A stretch of 64,000 nt of DNA from Candidatus Omnitrophota bacterium (GTDB lineage Bacteria; Omnitrophota; Gorgyraeia; Zapsychrales; Fredricksoniimonadaceae): positions 144 to 64,143 of the forward strand of contig JAUSEK010000019.1 of NCBI GenBank assembly GCA_030650275.1, in the 5' to 3' direction. Positions 19,901-30,688 of this stretch are shown piece by piece. Numbering within the stretch: position 1 is the stretch's first letter; each line of letters starts with the position of its first letter. A program made the position numbers and the translations under genes. The notes beneath the pieces were generated by a model that saw only the letters and a list, made by a program, of their open reading frames with translations, made no database searches and was not told where the DNA came from.

Positions 19901-21171
19901 AAATTTCTTTTTACACATTGGGCTGCCGGCTCAATCAAAGCGAGACCGCCTCCATCCGCAATTCCTTTGAGGTCGGCGGCTATACCGTTGTTGATTTTGA
20001 CAAGCCATCAGACATCGCGGTCATCAATACCTGCACCGTGACCGAAGGGGGAGACACGGACACGCGGCGTCTGGTCCACCGCGTCAATCGCCTCAACCCC
20101 AATGCCCGTATCGCCTTGGTTGGCTGTCAGGCCCAGGTGCAAAAGGAGCGATTAGCGACCTTACCCAACGTGCGCTGGATCGTCGGCAATCAGAAGAAAA
20201 TGGACCTGGTGGATGTGTTCCGCCGCTATCCCGACCCTGTGCAGGCCGAAGTGATCACGCCGACCATTGAACGCGAAGCATTCACCATCGCGGTTTCATC
20301 CGTAGATGACCGGCATACCCGCGCCAATATCAAAATTCAGGATGGCTGTGACTTTTTCTGTTCATTCTGCGAAATTCCTTACGCGCGCGGCCGGGCCCGT
20401 AGCCGTGTCTTTGACGACATTATTAAGGAAGCGCGCATTTTGGCGCAAGCAGGCCGCCGTGAGATCGTTTTGACCGGTATCAATATCGGCACTTACGGCC
20501 ATGAAGGCAAAAAATTGATGGATGTCATCGCGCGCTTAGAAGGCATCGCCGGCATTGACCGCATCCGCATATCGTCTATTGAACCGACCACCATTCCTTT
20601 GGAAATATTCGGCCGCATGGGCCAGGGCAAATTATGCCGCTATCTGCACATCCCCTTGCAAAGCGGCCATGATGATATTTTGTCCGCCATGAAGCGCAAA
20701 TACACGACGGGTGAGTTCAGAAATTTTATCCGCGGGGCTTACGCGCAAGTGCCGCAGATCTGCATCGGCACCGACGTGATCGTTGGTTTTCCGGGAGAAA
20801 CCGACGCGCAGTTCGCGGATGCCGAGGCGTTTTTGAGGCAAGAGCCCATCCATTATTTTCACGTGTTCAGTTATTCCCAACGGCAAATGGCTAAAAGTAA
20901 GGACATGGGGGAGGTTGTTGCCCCGCAAACCATCAGCAAGCGCAGTCAAATTTTACGCGACCTAAGCCAGCGCAAACGCCTCATGTTTTATGGATCGCTC
21001 ATCGGCACCACACAGGCGGTTTTGTTTGAAGAACAAAAAGGCGGATTCTGGACCGGCCTGACCGACAATTATGCGCGGGTCAAGGTCAGATCCGACACTG
21101 ACCTCCACAATCAATTAGTCCCTGTCCGTTTGGAAAAAATGGACGGGCAGGCTATTTACGGGGAGTATTGA
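19897..21171 (+). CDS. mtaB: tRNA t6A37 methylthiotransferase
   Basis: TLGCRLNQSE, INTCTVT, KIQDGCDFFCSFCEIP radical SAM motif, G.TDNY. Confidence 0.92.
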   Translation: MKISFYTLGCRLNQSETASIRNSFEVGGYTVVDFDKPSDIAVINTCTVTEGGDTDTRRLVHRVNRLNPNARIALVGCQAQVQKERLATLPNVRWIVGNQKKMDLVDVFRRYPDPVQAEVITPTIEREAFTIAVSSVDDRHTRANIKIQDGCDFFCSFCEIPYARGRARSRVFDDIIKEARILAQAGRREIVLTGINIGTYGHEGKKLMDVIARLEGIAGIDRIRISSIEPTTIPLEIFGRMGQGKLCRYLHIPLQSGHDDILSAMKRKYTTGEFRNFIRGAYAQVPQICIGTDVIVGFPGETDAQFADAEAFLRQEPIHYFHVFSYSQRQMAKSKDMGEVVAPQTISKRSQILRDLSQRKRLMFYGSLIGTTQAVLFEEQKGGFWTGLTDNYARVKVRSDTDLHNQLVPVRLEKMDGQAIYGEY

Positions 21172-21172
21172 T

Positions 21173-21559
21173 ATGTCTGAATCGCAAGCCAGAAATGTAT
21201 TGGGAGGAAAGCTCGAGCCCTGCTGCAAATTCCCGATGACGGGGTTTTACCGCGACGGGTATTGCAACACCGGCCCGGAGGATCTGGGCCGGCATACGGT
21301 GTGCATCCGGGTCACGGAGGAATTCCTGGCATTTTCCAAGGACGCCGGCAATGATCTTTCCACACCGCAACCGGAGTCCGATTTTTCGGGCTTGATCGCG
21401 GGCGACCAGTGGTGTTTATGCGCCTTGCGCTGGCAGGAGGCCTTTGAAGTCGGCGCCGCGCCGCAAGTCGTTCTGGGATCCACCCATGAGGCAACACTTC
21501 AAGTCGTCAAACTGGAAGACCTCAAAGCCCATGCCGTCCGTGAAAGTAAAAAATTTTAA
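21173..21559 (+). CDS. DUF2237 family protein
   Basis: NVLGG.L.PC...PMTGFYRDGYC.TG..D.G.HTVC; GD.WCLCA.RW. Confidence 0.92.
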   Translation: MSESQARNVLGGKLEPCCKFPMTGFYRDGYCNTGPEDLGRHTVCIRVTEEFLAFSKDAGNDLSTPQPESDFSGLIAGDQWCLCALRWQEAFEVGAAPQVVLGSTHEATLQVVKLEDLKAHAVRESKKF

Positions 21560-21571
21560 AAGGAGGGTCAT

Positions 21572-21766
21572 ATGGTTTATGAAAAACAAACGGCTTTGAA
21601 AGTGGCAGGGGCGTTCTTTTTATTGATCGCCATTGTGCATTTCCTAAGGGTGATTTTTGGGTGGGGAGTTATTATTAACGGTCTTATGATGCCTTTGTGG
21701 GTCAGTGTCATCGCGGGCCTTATTACGTTCACCCTGTCGATGTGGATGTTTAGATCAACGCGTTAA
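21572..21766 (+). CDS. Small two-TM membrane protein
   Basis: AGGAGG RBS; F..IA..H.LR...W.V.I.G...P.W.S pattern. Confidence 0.75.
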   Translation: MVYEKQTALKVAGAFFLLIAIVHFLRVIFGWGVIINGLMMPLWVSVIAGLITFTLSMWMFRSTR

Positions 21767-21810
21767 TTGCTTAAATGTTTGGAGGACGCCAACGGTAACC
21801 TATAAAAGTT

Positions 21811-21888
21811 TGTCATTCCCGAATGCTTGTGTCGGGAATCCAGACGAGGCTAATGATAGACCCCCGACTGAAACATTCGGGGGTGACA
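21811..21888. repeat. Inverted REP doublet (TGTCATTCCCG family, REPIN-like)
   Basis: TGTCATTCCCGAATGCTTGTGTCGGGAATCCAG ... GACCCCCGACTGAAACATTCGGGGGTGACA; single copy at 34489. Confidence 0.85.
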
Positions 21889-21905
21889 GTTTTGGGACAG
21901 GTTCT

Positions 21906-22131
21906 AGTCTGTGCATTTTTTGCACATACTGAGAATTTAGTTATCTGGAATTTCCGGATAACTGAAGGAAATTCAGTATGTTCCATTTTGGAACATGGTG
22001 AACTGTTGCAAAATTTGCAATAGTTGGGTTTGTATAAGAGAGTCAGCCAAAAGAAAAAGGTATCATTGTGCCTTTGGTGGTAAACTTGATCAATAAATTG
22101 AATTAAGGTTACGGCGGGTGGCTACTTAATT
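21906..22131 (+). other. Dense chain of intergenic hairpins upstream of miaB
   Basis: Inverted repeats at 21910-21926, 21924-21981 (nested 21939-21963), 21978-21996, 22001-22025, 22056-22075 and 22101-22131. Confidence 0.6.
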
Positions 22132-22146
22132 TTACTACTTAATTTT

Positions 22147-23460
22147 ATGAAAATATTTTTGGAAACATACGGCTGTCAGATGAACGAGTACGACTCCGAA
22201 CTCGTGCGCACGATCTTGGCCCGTGAGAAGTATGAGTTTGTGCCCGACGAGCATCAGGCGGACATTGTCATGCTCAACACCTGCGCTATCCGCGAGCACG
22301 CGCATCGCAAGGTGTATGGCCGTGTTCATTCCATACGCCACGCCCGCCCCAAGGACAAGCCGGTCATGATAGGGATATTGGGGTGCATGGCCACCAATTT
22401 ACGCCAGGACTTGTTTGAAGACCGCAGCATGAAAATTGACTTCATTGCCGGGCCCGACAGTTACAAACGCCTGCCGGATCTGATCCGCGAGGCGGGTCAG
22501 GATGGGCAAAAGGCCTATGACGTCACCCTGTCCGAATTTGAAACCTATTCCGACATCACCCCCAGCCGCAAACAAGGCGTTAATGCGTGGATCGCCGTCA
22601 TGCGCGGGTGCAATAATTTCTGCACGTTTTGCGTCGTACCCTACACGCGCGGCCGCGAGCGCAGCCGCTCGGTGGAAAATGTGGTTGAAGAGGTCAAACA
22701 TCTGGCCGCCGAAGGATTCAAACAAGTCACCTTGCTGGGCCAAAACGTGAATTCCTATCACCATGAAGGCAAGGATTTTGCGGACCTGATGCAGGCGGTC
22801 AGCCGCGTGCACGGCATTGAGCGCATCCGTTTCACATCACCTCACCCGAAAGATTTTCCGGTCCGTTTTCTTGACCTGATGGCGTCCAACCCAAAGATCT
22901 GCAAACAGATCCATTTGCCTTTGCAGGCGGGCAATAACCGCGTTTTGGACATGATGAACCGTACTTATACTAAGGAAGAGTTCCTCGCCCTGGCCGCGGA
23001 CATGCGCAAGCGCATCCCGGGCTTATGCCTGTCCACCGACGTCATTGTGGGTTTTCCGACGGAAACCGACGCGGAATTTGAAGACACGTTGAGCGTCATG
23101 CGCGAAGTGCGTTTTGATTCGGCCTTCACGTTCAAATACTCCGAGCGCAAAGGCACCATTGCCTCCAAGAAACACCCCGACGATGTGGCTGAAGCCGTTA
23201 AAACCCAACGCATCATGCGGCTCAATGACCTGCAAAAACAGATCTCCTACGAAAAGAACCTCGCCCATGTCGGCGAAACCCATACGGTCCTGGTGGAATC
23301 CCTGGCCACGGCCAGGTCCTCCGACGAATGTCAGGGCAGGACAGACGGCAATAAACTCGTCATTCTACCCAGCGGTCCATATAAGGTAGGGGACATGCTC
23401 CAGGTCCGCATCACCCATGCCACACCCCATGCTTTACGCGGTGGGCCTTTCGGAGTATAA
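22147..23460 (+). CDS. miaB: tRNA i6A37 methylthiotransferase
   Basis: TYGCQMNEYDSE, NTCAIRE.A, GCNNFCTFCVVPYTRGRERSR, TRAM domain. Confidence 0.96.
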   Translation: MKIFLETYGCQMNEYDSELVRTILAREKYEFVPDEHQADIVMLNTCAIREHAHRKVYGRVHSIRHARPKDKPVMIGILGCMATNLRQDLFEDRSMKIDFIAGPDSYKRLPDLIREAGQDGQKAYDVTLSEFETYSDITPSRKQGVNAWIAVMRGCNNFCTFCVVPYTRGRERSRSVENVVEEVKHLAAEGFKQVTLLGQNVNSYHHEGKDFADLMQAVSRVHGIERIRFTSPHPKDFPVRFLDLMASNPKICKQIHLPLQAGNNRVLDMMNRTYTKEEFLALAADMRKRIPGLCLSTDVIVGFPTETDAEFEDTLSVMREVRFDSAFTFKYSERKGTIASKKHPDDVAEAVKTQRIMRLNDLQKQISYEKNLAHVGETHTVLVESLATARSSDECQGRTDGNKLVILPSGPYKVGDMLQVRITHATPHALRGGPFGV

Positions 23461-23519
23461 TTGCAATAGGATAGTTTTTGCAAATTAACGCGTTTAGGTA
23501 TATAGTTTATTTTTAATAT

Positions 23520-24554
23520 ATGCTGAAAACCACGCACATCACAGCCGAAGACCTCTACGAAAAACTTAAGAACATTAAGGTCGGGGGGACCGTGTGTCAT
23601 TATTCGCTTAAGAAATGCGAAGAACTGACCCCCATTATCAATGAAATTAATGAACTTAAGGAAGAGAAGAACGCCGTCATTCTGGCGCATTCCTACATCA
23701 GCCCCGAGATCATTTACGGGGTCAGCGATTTCGTCGGGGATTCCTACAAATTAAGCCGTGATGCCATGACCACCAAGGCCTCGACCATTGTCTTTACCGC
23801 GGTGCGGTTCATGGGCGAGACAGCCAAGATCCTCAACCCTGAAAAAGAGGTCTTGATCCCGGCACCCTTGGACGGATGCACGCTGGCGGATTCCATCAAC
23901 GCATCCCAGGTCCGCGATCTGCGCAAACAATATCCGGGCTATACCTTCGTCTGCTACATCAATACCACCGCCGAGGTCAAAGCCGAATGCGATGTCTGTG
24001 TCACGTCGTCCAACGTTTATAAGATCGTTGAAAATATCGCCAATGACAAAATTTATTTCCTGCCGGACAAGCTCATGGGCCAGAATCTTAAGAACGCCAT
24101 GGAACGCCGCGGCATCAAAAAGGACATCCGTTTTTACAGCGGTACTTGCTACGTGCACGAGACGTATAACATTGAGGACATTTTGAAGATCCGCCTGGAA
24201 TACCCCCTTGCCAAGATCGTCAGCCATCCCGAATGCAACGCCGCGGTGGTGGACAATTCCGATTTCGTGGGAAGCACCGAGCAAATGCTCGGATTCATGC
24301 GCGAAACCGAGACCAAAGAATTTTTGATGCTCACCGAATGCGGCCTGTCCAGCCGCCTGCAGTCGGAATTCCCCGACAAGAAACTGGTCGGCAGCTGCAC
24401 CATGTGCAAATACATGAAATCCAACACCCTTGAGGACATCCTGCGGGTCCTTAAAGATCCGTTGCCCAAAGACCGCGTCGTTTTCAACGAGGATATCCGC
24501 CTGCGCGCCCTCAAAAGCATTGAGGCGATGTTCCGTTACGCCCAACCCTCTTAA
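23520..24554 (+). CDS. nadA: Quinolinate synthase
   Basis: NAVILAH.Y, FVGDS..L, V.FMGETAKILNP, YINT, HPEC, C.YMK. Confidence 0.93.
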   Translation: MLKTTHITAEDLYEKLKNIKVGGTVCHYSLKKCEELTPIINEINELKEEKNAVILAHSYISPEIIYGVSDFVGDSYKLSRDAMTTKASTIVFTAVRFMGETAKILNPEKEVLIPAPLDGCTLADSINASQVRDLRKQYPGYTFVCYINTTAEVKAECDVCVTSSNVYKIVENIANDKIYFLPDKLMGQNLKNAMERRGIKKDIRFYSGTCYVHETYNIEDILKIRLEYPLAKIVSHPECNAAVVDNSDFVGSTEQMLGFMRETETKEFLMLTECGLSSRLQSEFPDKKLVGSCTMCKYMKSNTLEDILRVLKDPLPKDRVVFNEDIRLRALKSIEAMFRYAQPS

Positions 24555-25669
24555 TGAACGACTCGTTCGTCGAACCTCAATATTTTACGTTCGGTCATCC
24601 CCCGGATGAACTGGTCCTTAAAAGCGGGCTCAAACTCGGGCCCGTCACCCTGGCCTATGAGACCTATGGGCGGCTTAACACCGCCAAGAGCAATGCCATC
24701 CTTGTTTTTCACGCTTTGACCGGTGACGCCCACGCGGCAGGGGTGCATAAGGATTCCAAAAACCCCGGCTGGTGGGACGCGATGATCGGGCCGGGCAAGG
24801 CCTTTGACACGGCCAAGTATTTTGTCATTTGCGTCAATGTCATCGGCGGATGCAAGGGAAGCACGGGCCCGGCGTCCATCAATCCCGCCACCAACAAGCC
24901 CTACGGTTTGAGTTTTCCCGTCGTGACCATTGAAGACATGGTGGCGGCCCAAAAGCGGCTCATTGACCATCTGGGCATCAAGCAATTGCTCTGCGTCACC
25001 GGCGGGTCCATGGGAGGTCTGCAGGCCCTGAAATGGTCTTTGCTTTACCCGGACACCGTGCGCTCGGCCATTTTGATCGCCACCAATTACCGTCACACCG
25101 CCCAGCAGATCGCTTTGCACGAGGTGGCGCGTCAGGCCATCATGTCCGACCCGGACTGGCAGGGCGGCGATTATTACGGCAAAAGCGTCCCGGCCCGGGG
25201 CCTGGCGGTCTCGCGCATGATAGGTCACATCACCTACATGAGCGAGCGGTCCATGGATGAAAAATTCGGCCGCAAACTCAAAGGGAAGGAAAAACTCGGC
25301 TACGATTTTTCGCATGATTTTGAGGTGGAAAGCTATCTCAAATACCGCAGTGACAATTTCGTCCAGCGTTTTGACGCCAACAGTTATCTGTACATTTCCA
25401 AGGCGCTGGATTATTTTGACATCGCTGAGGATTCAGACCTGCCGCAGGCGTTCAAGGCCGCGGCTTGCAAATTCCTGATCATCACCTTCACGTCGGACTG
25501 GCTGTATCCGTCGTATCAAAGCAAAGAAATGGTCAAGGCCATGAAAGCCAACCATCTGGACGTGTCGTTCATCGAAATAGAGACCGATTACGGCCATGAT
25601 TCGTTTTTGGTGGAAATTGAAGGCCAGTCAAAATTAGTCAAAAGCTTTTTGGGGAATTTGCCTGTTTAA
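24554..25669 (+). CDS. metX: Homoserine O-acetyltransferase
   Basis: HALTGDAH, GWWD..IGPG, GGSMGG, FDANSY, GHDSFL. Confidence 0.95.
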   Translation: MNDSFVEPQYFTFGHPPDELVLKSGLKLGPVTLAYETYGRLNTAKSNAILVFHALTGDAHAAGVHKDSKNPGWWDAMIGPGKAFDTAKYFVICVNVIGGCKGSTGPASINPATNKPYGLSFPVVTIEDMVAAQKRLIDHLGIKQLLCVTGGSMGGLQALKWSLLYPDTVRSAILIATNYRHTAQQIALHEVARQAIMSDPDWQGGDYYGKSVPARGLAVSRMIGHITYMSERSMDEKFGRKLKGKEKLGYDFSHDFEVESYLKYRSDNFVQRFDANSYLYISKALDYFDIAEDSDLPQAFKAAACKFLIITFTSDWLYPSYQSKEMVKAMKANHLDVSFIEIETDYGHDSFLVEIEGQSKLVKSFLGNLPV

Positions 25670-26256
25670 TGGAAACCTTGCGCGCTGACCACAAACTCAT
25701 TTTAGAAATGATCGAACCCGACAGCCATGTGCTGGATCTGGGCTGCGGGGACGGCGAACTTTTGTCCTTGCTCATGAAGCGCCGGCATTGCCGGGCCACG
25801 GGCATTGAGATCAATGAGAAAGCCATTTACAAATGCATTGAACACGGAGTCACGGTGTCGCACGGGGACATTGATTCGGGTCTGGAGGATTACGGGGACC
25901 AGCGTTTTGATTATGTCATTCTCAACGAAAGTTTACAGGAGGTCTTAAATCCCGACAAAGTCATCAAGGAGGCCCTGCGGGTGGGAAAGAAGGTCATCGT
26001 CGGCATCCCGAATTTCTGCCATATCTCGGCGCGCCTGCAGATCTTTTTTCTGGGCAAGGTGCCGGTGACCAAGGGTTTGCCTTATAAGTGGTACAATACG
26101 CCCAACTTGCGTTTTTTGAGCATCAAGGACTTCCGTCAGTTTTGCGCGGAGCGGGGGATCATCGTGGAGCGCGAGAGGGCCATCGGGGCCAGCCGGGAAG
26201 TGTTCTTTGCGCGCAACATTTTCGCGTACGCCGCGATCTTCCTCTTGCGCAAATGA
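25669..26256 (+). CDS. metW: Methionine biosynthesis protein MetW
   Basis: VLDLGCGDG, FDYVIL..SLQ, LPY.WYNTPN; follows metX. Confidence 0.92.
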   Translation: METLRADHKLILEMIEPDSHVLDLGCGDGELLSLLMKRRHCRATGIEINEKAIYKCIEHGVTVSHGDIDSGLEDYGDQRFDYVILNESLQEVLNPDKVIKEALRVGKKVIVGIPNFCHISARLQIFFLGKVPVTKGLPYKWYNTPNLRFLSIKDFRQFCAERGIIVERERAIGASREVFFARNIFAYAAIFLLRK

Positions 26257-26257
26257 T

Positions 26258-26488
26258 TCAGGCCGCGAGTTTTTTGTGGCTGCCGTCGCAGAACGGTTTA
26301 TTGCCGCTTGTTTTACAGCCGCACCAGGCCACCTGTTTTTCTTCCGTGATCTCCACGAACATCGGCCTCATATTTGTGGAGGAGTGCGACCCGTCGCAGA
26401 ACGGCTGTTTTTGCGACAGCCCGCAGGCGCACCAGACGTAGCGGCCCGGCTTTAGGGTCATGACATAAGGATGATTGTGGTTGTCCAT
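26258..26488 (-). CDS. CDGSH iron-sulfur domain protein
   Basis: Two C.C..S...PFCDGSH motifs. Confidence 0.92.
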   Translation of the reverse strand: MDNHNHPYVMTLKPGRYVWCACGLSQKQPFCDGSHSSTNMRPMFVEITEEKQVAWCGCKTSGNKPFCDGSHKKLAA

Positions 26489-26531
26489 GAACTTAGATTA
26501 ACGATTTTTGCGGTATCATTCAAGTCCATTT

Positions 26532-27725
26532 ATGCCTAAATACGATTTTATCATCATCGGCGCTGGCATCATCGGCCTGACAACGGCCCACGCGCTCAAA
26601 ACCCGCAAGCTTTCGGCCCGCATTGTCGTCATTGACAAGGAAAACGCTCCGGCTTTTCACGCGTCGGGGCGTAACAGCGGAGTTTTGCACGCCGGGTTTT
26701 ATTACACCGCCGACAGTTTAAAAGCCAAATTCACCGTTGAGGGAAACCGGCAGATGAAGGCCTATGCGCGCTCCAAGGGTCTTGCTGTTAATGAATGCGG
26801 CAAATTGGTCGTTGCCCAAAATGAATATGAATTGGGCCAGCTCGACGAGTTATTGCTCCGCGGTCAGCGCAATGGGGCCAATGTGCGTTTGATCGACGAG
26901 TACAAAGCGCGCGAACTGGAACCCAATGTGCGCACCCATCAAAAGGCCCTGCATTCGCCGGACACCGCCAGCATTGACCCTAAAGCGGTGTGCCGGGCCT
27001 TGAAAGAAGACCTCACCGGAGCCGGGGTGGAGTTTGTGTTCGGCGCAAAATATTTAAGCCATACCGGTCATGTCATTCACACCACGGAGGGGGATTTTGA
27101 GGCCCAAAGGATCATCAATTGCGCCGGGCTGTACGCGGACAAGATCGCGCAGGATTTCGGTTTCGGGAAAAAATACACCATGATCCCCTTTAAGGGCCTG
27201 TATTTGAAATACACCAAGAACAAGACGGACGTGCGCATGCATATTTATCCGGTGCCCAATTTGAAAAACCCGTTTTTGGGGGTGCATTTTACCAAGACCG
27301 TGGACGGCACCATCAAAATAGGCCCGACCGCCATCCCGGCGCTGTGGCGGGAGAATTATGACCTTAAAACCGGTTTTCAGCCCACGGAAATGGCCAAGGT
27401 GCTCTTTTATGAAAGCAAATTATTTCTGACCAATGCCTTTGGGTTTCGGGACCTGGCTTTGGAAGAGACCCGTAAATATGATAAAAAATATTTTATAGGG
27501 TTGGCCGCCCAAATGGTACAGAACATTGATCCCAAAGGATTCACGGAATTCACCCCGCCCGGGATCCGGGCCCAATTGCTGGACAAGGAAACCCTTTCCC
27601 TGGTCCAGGATTTCGTTGTGGAAGGGGACAGCGTCAGCACCCACGTCTTAAACGCCGTATCGCCTGCCTTTACCTGTGCCTTCCCATTCTCTAAGTACAT
27701 TGTAGATCAATACCTTGGCGCATAA
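26532..27725 (+). CDS. lhgO: L-2-hydroxyglutarate oxidase family
   Basis: IIGAGIIG, H.SGRNSGVLHAG.YY...SLKA, IYPVP....PFLGVHFT, NA.SPA.T. Confidence 0.85.
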   Translation: MPKYDFIIIGAGIIGLTTAHALKTRKLSARIVVIDKENAPAFHASGRNSGVLHAGFYYTADSLKAKFTVEGNRQMKAYARSKGLAVNECGKLVVAQNEYELGQLDELLLRGQRNGANVRLIDEYKARELEPNVRTHQKALHSPDTASIDPKAVCRALKEDLTGAGVEFVFGAKYLSHTGHVIHTTEGDFEAQRIINCAGLYADKIAQDFGFGKKYTMIPFKGLYLKYTKNKTDVRMHIYPVPNLKNPFLGVHFTKTVDGTIKIGPTAIPALWRENYDLKTGFQPTEMAKVLFYESKLFLTNAFGFRDLALEETRKYDKKYFIGLAAQMVQNIDPKGFTEFTPPGIRAQLLDKETLSLVQDFVVEGDSVSTHVLNAVSPAFTCAFPFSKYIVDQYLGA

Positions 27726-27808
27726 CCACGCCTAATTAATTCTTGTCACGGTATAGCTTTTATGTTATCCTATATACGTCAGAATTAGAAGTATATGAGG
27801 AGGTCAAA

Positions 27809-28363
27809 ATGGACATCAGGATCTTGATCCAAAGCACGCCGAACCCGAACGCTTTGAAGTTCGTGCTCAATATCCCGGTTAAAACCGAGGGTAAGGTCAC
27901 GTATAAAAACGCTGACCAGGCCGGGCAAAATCCTATGGCCGCGGCGATCTTTACCGTGCCCAATGTCACGGAAGTGTATTTTTTTGACAATTATGTCACG
28001 GTCACCCAGGACGGCAACGCCGATTGGGACGCCATTGAAGAGCAGATCAAGCGCCTGATCCTTGACCATGCTGAAAATCATGACCCGGATTTTAAGGTGG
28101 AAGAGGCCCAGAAACCGGCCCCGGTATCGGACAACCCGGACATTCAGAAGATCAATGAGATCCTGGACCGCACCATCCGTCCGGCCCTGCAGATGGACGG
28201 CGGGGACCTGCACGTGATCAGTTACGACGGGAGCGTGCTGGGGGTCACTTATCAGGGCGCTTGCGGGTCATGCCCCAGTTCTTCCGCGGGAACGTTAAAG
28301 GCCATTGAAAATATTTTAAAGGACGAGTTCAGTCCCGGGATCACCGTGGAGATCGCGAGTTAA
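27809..28363 (+). CDS. Nfu-type Fe-S carrier (Nfu N-terminal + NifU-C domains)
   Basis: TPNPNALKF; IRPAL..DGGD...GACGSCPSS. Confidence 0.9.
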   Translation: MDIRILIQSTPNPNALKFVLNIPVKTEGKVTYKNADQAGQNPMAAAIFTVPNVTEVYFFDNYVTVTQDGNADWDAIEEQIKRLILDHAENHDPDFKVEEAQKPAPVSDNPDIQKINEILDRTIRPALQMDGGDLHVISYDGSVLGVTYQGACGSCPSSSAGTLKAIENILKDEFSPGITVEIAS

Positions 28364-28366
28364 TAT

Positions 28367-28714
28367 ATGGAACTGGCCAAGAAAAAATGTTTGCCGTGCG
28401 AAGGGATCGGACGCGCGTTTGACCGCGCCGAGGCCCAGGCGGGCTTGAAGGAAATACCCGGGTGGTATTTGTCGGATGACGCCAAAAGCATCTGGCGGGA
28501 ATTTGTCATGAAGGATTTTGTCGCTGCGGTGGAGTTTGTCAATGCCATAGCACCCATCGCCGAGGCCGAAGGCCATCATCCGGACCTTCATTTGACCGGT
28601 TACCGCAAACTGCGCATTGACCTAAATACGCATGCGCTTGGCGGGATTACGGAGAATGACCTCATTTTGGCGGCAAAGATCAACACGCTTAGTCCTCGAC
28701 TGGCAAAGGGGTGA
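28367..28714 (+). CDS. Pterin-4-alpha-carbinolamine dehydratase
   Basis: C.PC N-terminus; AE.EGHHPDL; TH..GG.TENDLILAAKI. Confidence 0.92.
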   Translation: MELAKKKCLPCEGIGRAFDRAEAQAGLKEIPGWYLSDDAKSIWREFVMKDFVAAVEFVNAIAPIAEAEGHHPDLHLTGYRKLRIDLNTHALGGITENDLILAAKINTLSPRLAKG

Positions 28715-28717
28715 GAT

Positions 28718-29179
28718 ATGTTTAAAATAAACCGTAAATTGGAGTACGCGCTCATCTCCCTGCGGCACATGAGCGCCAAGGCGCCGGGGCAATTGACGTC
28801 GGCCAAGGAGATCTGCGACATTTACAATACGCCGTTTGACCCGACCTCGCGCGTTTTACAGATCATGGCCCAGCACGAGATCGTGCGCGCCGAGCAGGGC
28901 GCCCATGGCGGGTATCAGATCCTCAAAGACCTTTCCAAGGTCAGTCTGCAGGACCTCACACAGATGATCGAGGGGCCTCTGGAGATCGTCAACTGTTTCC
29001 ACGGCAATTATTCGCATTGCGACATTACGGCCAGCTGTAACGTGATCTCGCCGATGCTGAATCTCAACGAGAGGATCGCGGGATTCTTTAAGAACATCAA
29101 CGTTCAGGAACTCATTCAATCGCGCAATCAGGGCGAAAAACAGATCCGCAGCAAGCCTATCGCTGTGGGTCAGGAATAA
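28718..29179 (+). CDS. Rrf2-family transcriptional regulator (SUF-associated)
   Basis: YAL..L, G.HGGY.I, IEGP....C.....C....C. Confidence 0.9.
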   Translation: MFKINRKLEYALISLRHMSAKAPGQLTSAKEICDIYNTPFDPTSRVLQIMAQHEIVRAEQGAHGGYQILKDLSKVSLQDLTQMIEGPLEIVNCFHGNYSHCDITASCNVISPMLNLNERIAGFFKNINVQELIQSRNQGEKQIRSKPIAVGQE

Positions 29180-29183
29180 AGAT

Positions 29184-30644
29184 ATGAGCGACATCGTCAA
29201 ACAAAAAGAGTTGGAAGACAACAAACTCTCGGGCGGCGAGTACCGTTACGGCTTTTTTACGGACATTGAGGCCGAAACCGTGCCCAAGGGCCTTAACGAA
29301 GAAACTGTGCGTCTGATCTCCGCCAAAAAGAAAGAGCCGGAATGGATGCTCGAGTGGCGCTTGAAGGCCTTTCGCCACTGGCAGAAAATGACCGAGCCCC
29401 AATGGCCCAATTTTGAGTATGGCCCCATTGATTATCAGGACCTGTATTATTACTCGGCGCCCAAGCAGAAAAATGAAAATCCTAAGAACCTGGGGGAGGT
29501 TGACGAGGAATTGCTCAAGACCTTTGACCGTCTTGGTATCCCTTTGACCGAACAGAAGCGTTTGACCGGGGTGGCCGTGGACGCGGTTTTTGACAGCATT
29601 TCCGTGGGGACAACCCATCAAAGTGAATTGGCCAAGTTGGGGGTCATTTTTTGCTCCATGTCCGAGGCCGTCTTGAACCATCCTGATCTGGTCAAAAAAT
29701 ATATGGGCTCTGTCGTGCCCGCGGCTGACAATTTCTTCGCGGCGCTCAACTCCGCGGTTTTCAGCGATGGGTCATTCTGCTACATTCCCAAAGGCGTGCA
29801 TTGTCCTTTGGAACTCTCAACGTATTTTCGCATCAACGCGGAAAACACCGGGCAGTTTGAACGCACCCTGATCGTGGCCGAAGATGACAGTTATGTCAGT
29901 TATCTGGAAGGGTGCACCGCGCCCATGCGCGACACCCATCAATTGCACGCCGCGGTCGTGGAGCTGGTGGCTTTGAACAATGCCGAGATCAAATATTCCA
30001 CGGTGCAAAACTGGTATTCCGGCGACAAAGAGGGCAAGGGCGGCATTTACAATTTCGTGACCAAGCGCGGCAAATGCGTGGGGGTCAATTCCAAGATCTC
30101 CTGGACCCAGGTGGAAGCGGGCAGTGCCATCACCTGGAAATATCCCTCGGTCATTCTGCAGGGGGACAATTCCGTCGGGAAATTCTATTCGGTGGCCCTG
30201 ACCAGCCATCGCATGACCGCGGACACCGGCACCAAGATGATCCATATCGGCAAAAATACCAAAAGCACCATTGTGTCCAAGGGCATCGCTTCCGAATATG
30301 CCAACAACAGTTACCGGGGTTTGGTTAAGATCATGCCGTCGGCCGAAGGGGCGCGCAATTTTTCCCAATGCGACTCCATGCTGGTGGGCAACCGCTGCAG
30401 CGCCAATACCTTTCCTTATATTGAGGTGAAAAACAACACCGCGGTGGTGGAGCATGAGGCCTCAACATCCAAGATCAACGCCGAACAGATGTTTTATCTG
30501 CGTTCGCGCGGGCTGGACTTGGAAGAGGCGATCTCGCTCATCATCAACGGATTTTGCAAGGATGTTTTTAAGGAATTGCCGCTTGAGTTTTCCGTTGAGG
30601 CGATCAAATTACTGGAAATGAAATTGGAAGGCAGCGTAGGTTAA
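29184..30644 (+). CDS. sufB: Fe-S cluster assembly protein SufB
   Basis: [39 protein letters not shown] end. Confidence 0.97.
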   Translation: MSDIVKQKELEDNKLSGGEYRYGFFTDIEAETVPKGLNEETVRLISAKKKEPEWMLEWRLKAFRHWQKMTEPQWPNFEYGPIDYQDLYYYSAPKQKNENPKNLGEVDEELLKTFDRLGIPLTEQKRLTGVAVDAVFDSISVGTTHQSELAKLGVIFCSMSEAVLNHPDLVKKYMGSVVPAADNFFAALNSAVFSDGSFCYIPKGVHCPLELSTYFRINAENTGQFERTLIVAEDDSYVSYLEGCTAPMRDTHQLHAAVVELVALNNAEIKYSTVQNWYSGDKEGKGGIYNFVTKRGKCVGVNSKISWTQVEAGSAITWKYPSVILQGDNSVGKFYSVALTSHRMTADTGTKMIHIGKNTKSTIVSKGIASEYANNSYRGLVKIMPSAEGARNFSQCDSMLVGNRCSANTFPYIEVKNNTAVVEHEASTSKINAEQMFYLRSRGLDLEEAISLIINGFCKDVFKELPLEFSVEAIKLLEMKLEGSVG

Positions 30645-30645
30645 C

Positions 30646-30673
30646 GTAGGGGCACGGCATGCCGTGCCCGTAC
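30646..30673. repeat. GTAG-family REP palindrome
   Basis: GTAGGGGCACGGCATGCCGTGCCCGTAC; one mismatch to the copy at 6569. Confidence 0.9.
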
Positions 30674-30688
30674 AGGAAAGGAATTGTA

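Noticed and set aside
30659-30688. N-terminal extensions of SufC (MPCPYRKG) and MoaA (MSFPNAFVGNPDT, 34488)
   Set aside because: These starts fall inside or at the edge of REP elements; downstream ATGs match the family N-termini.
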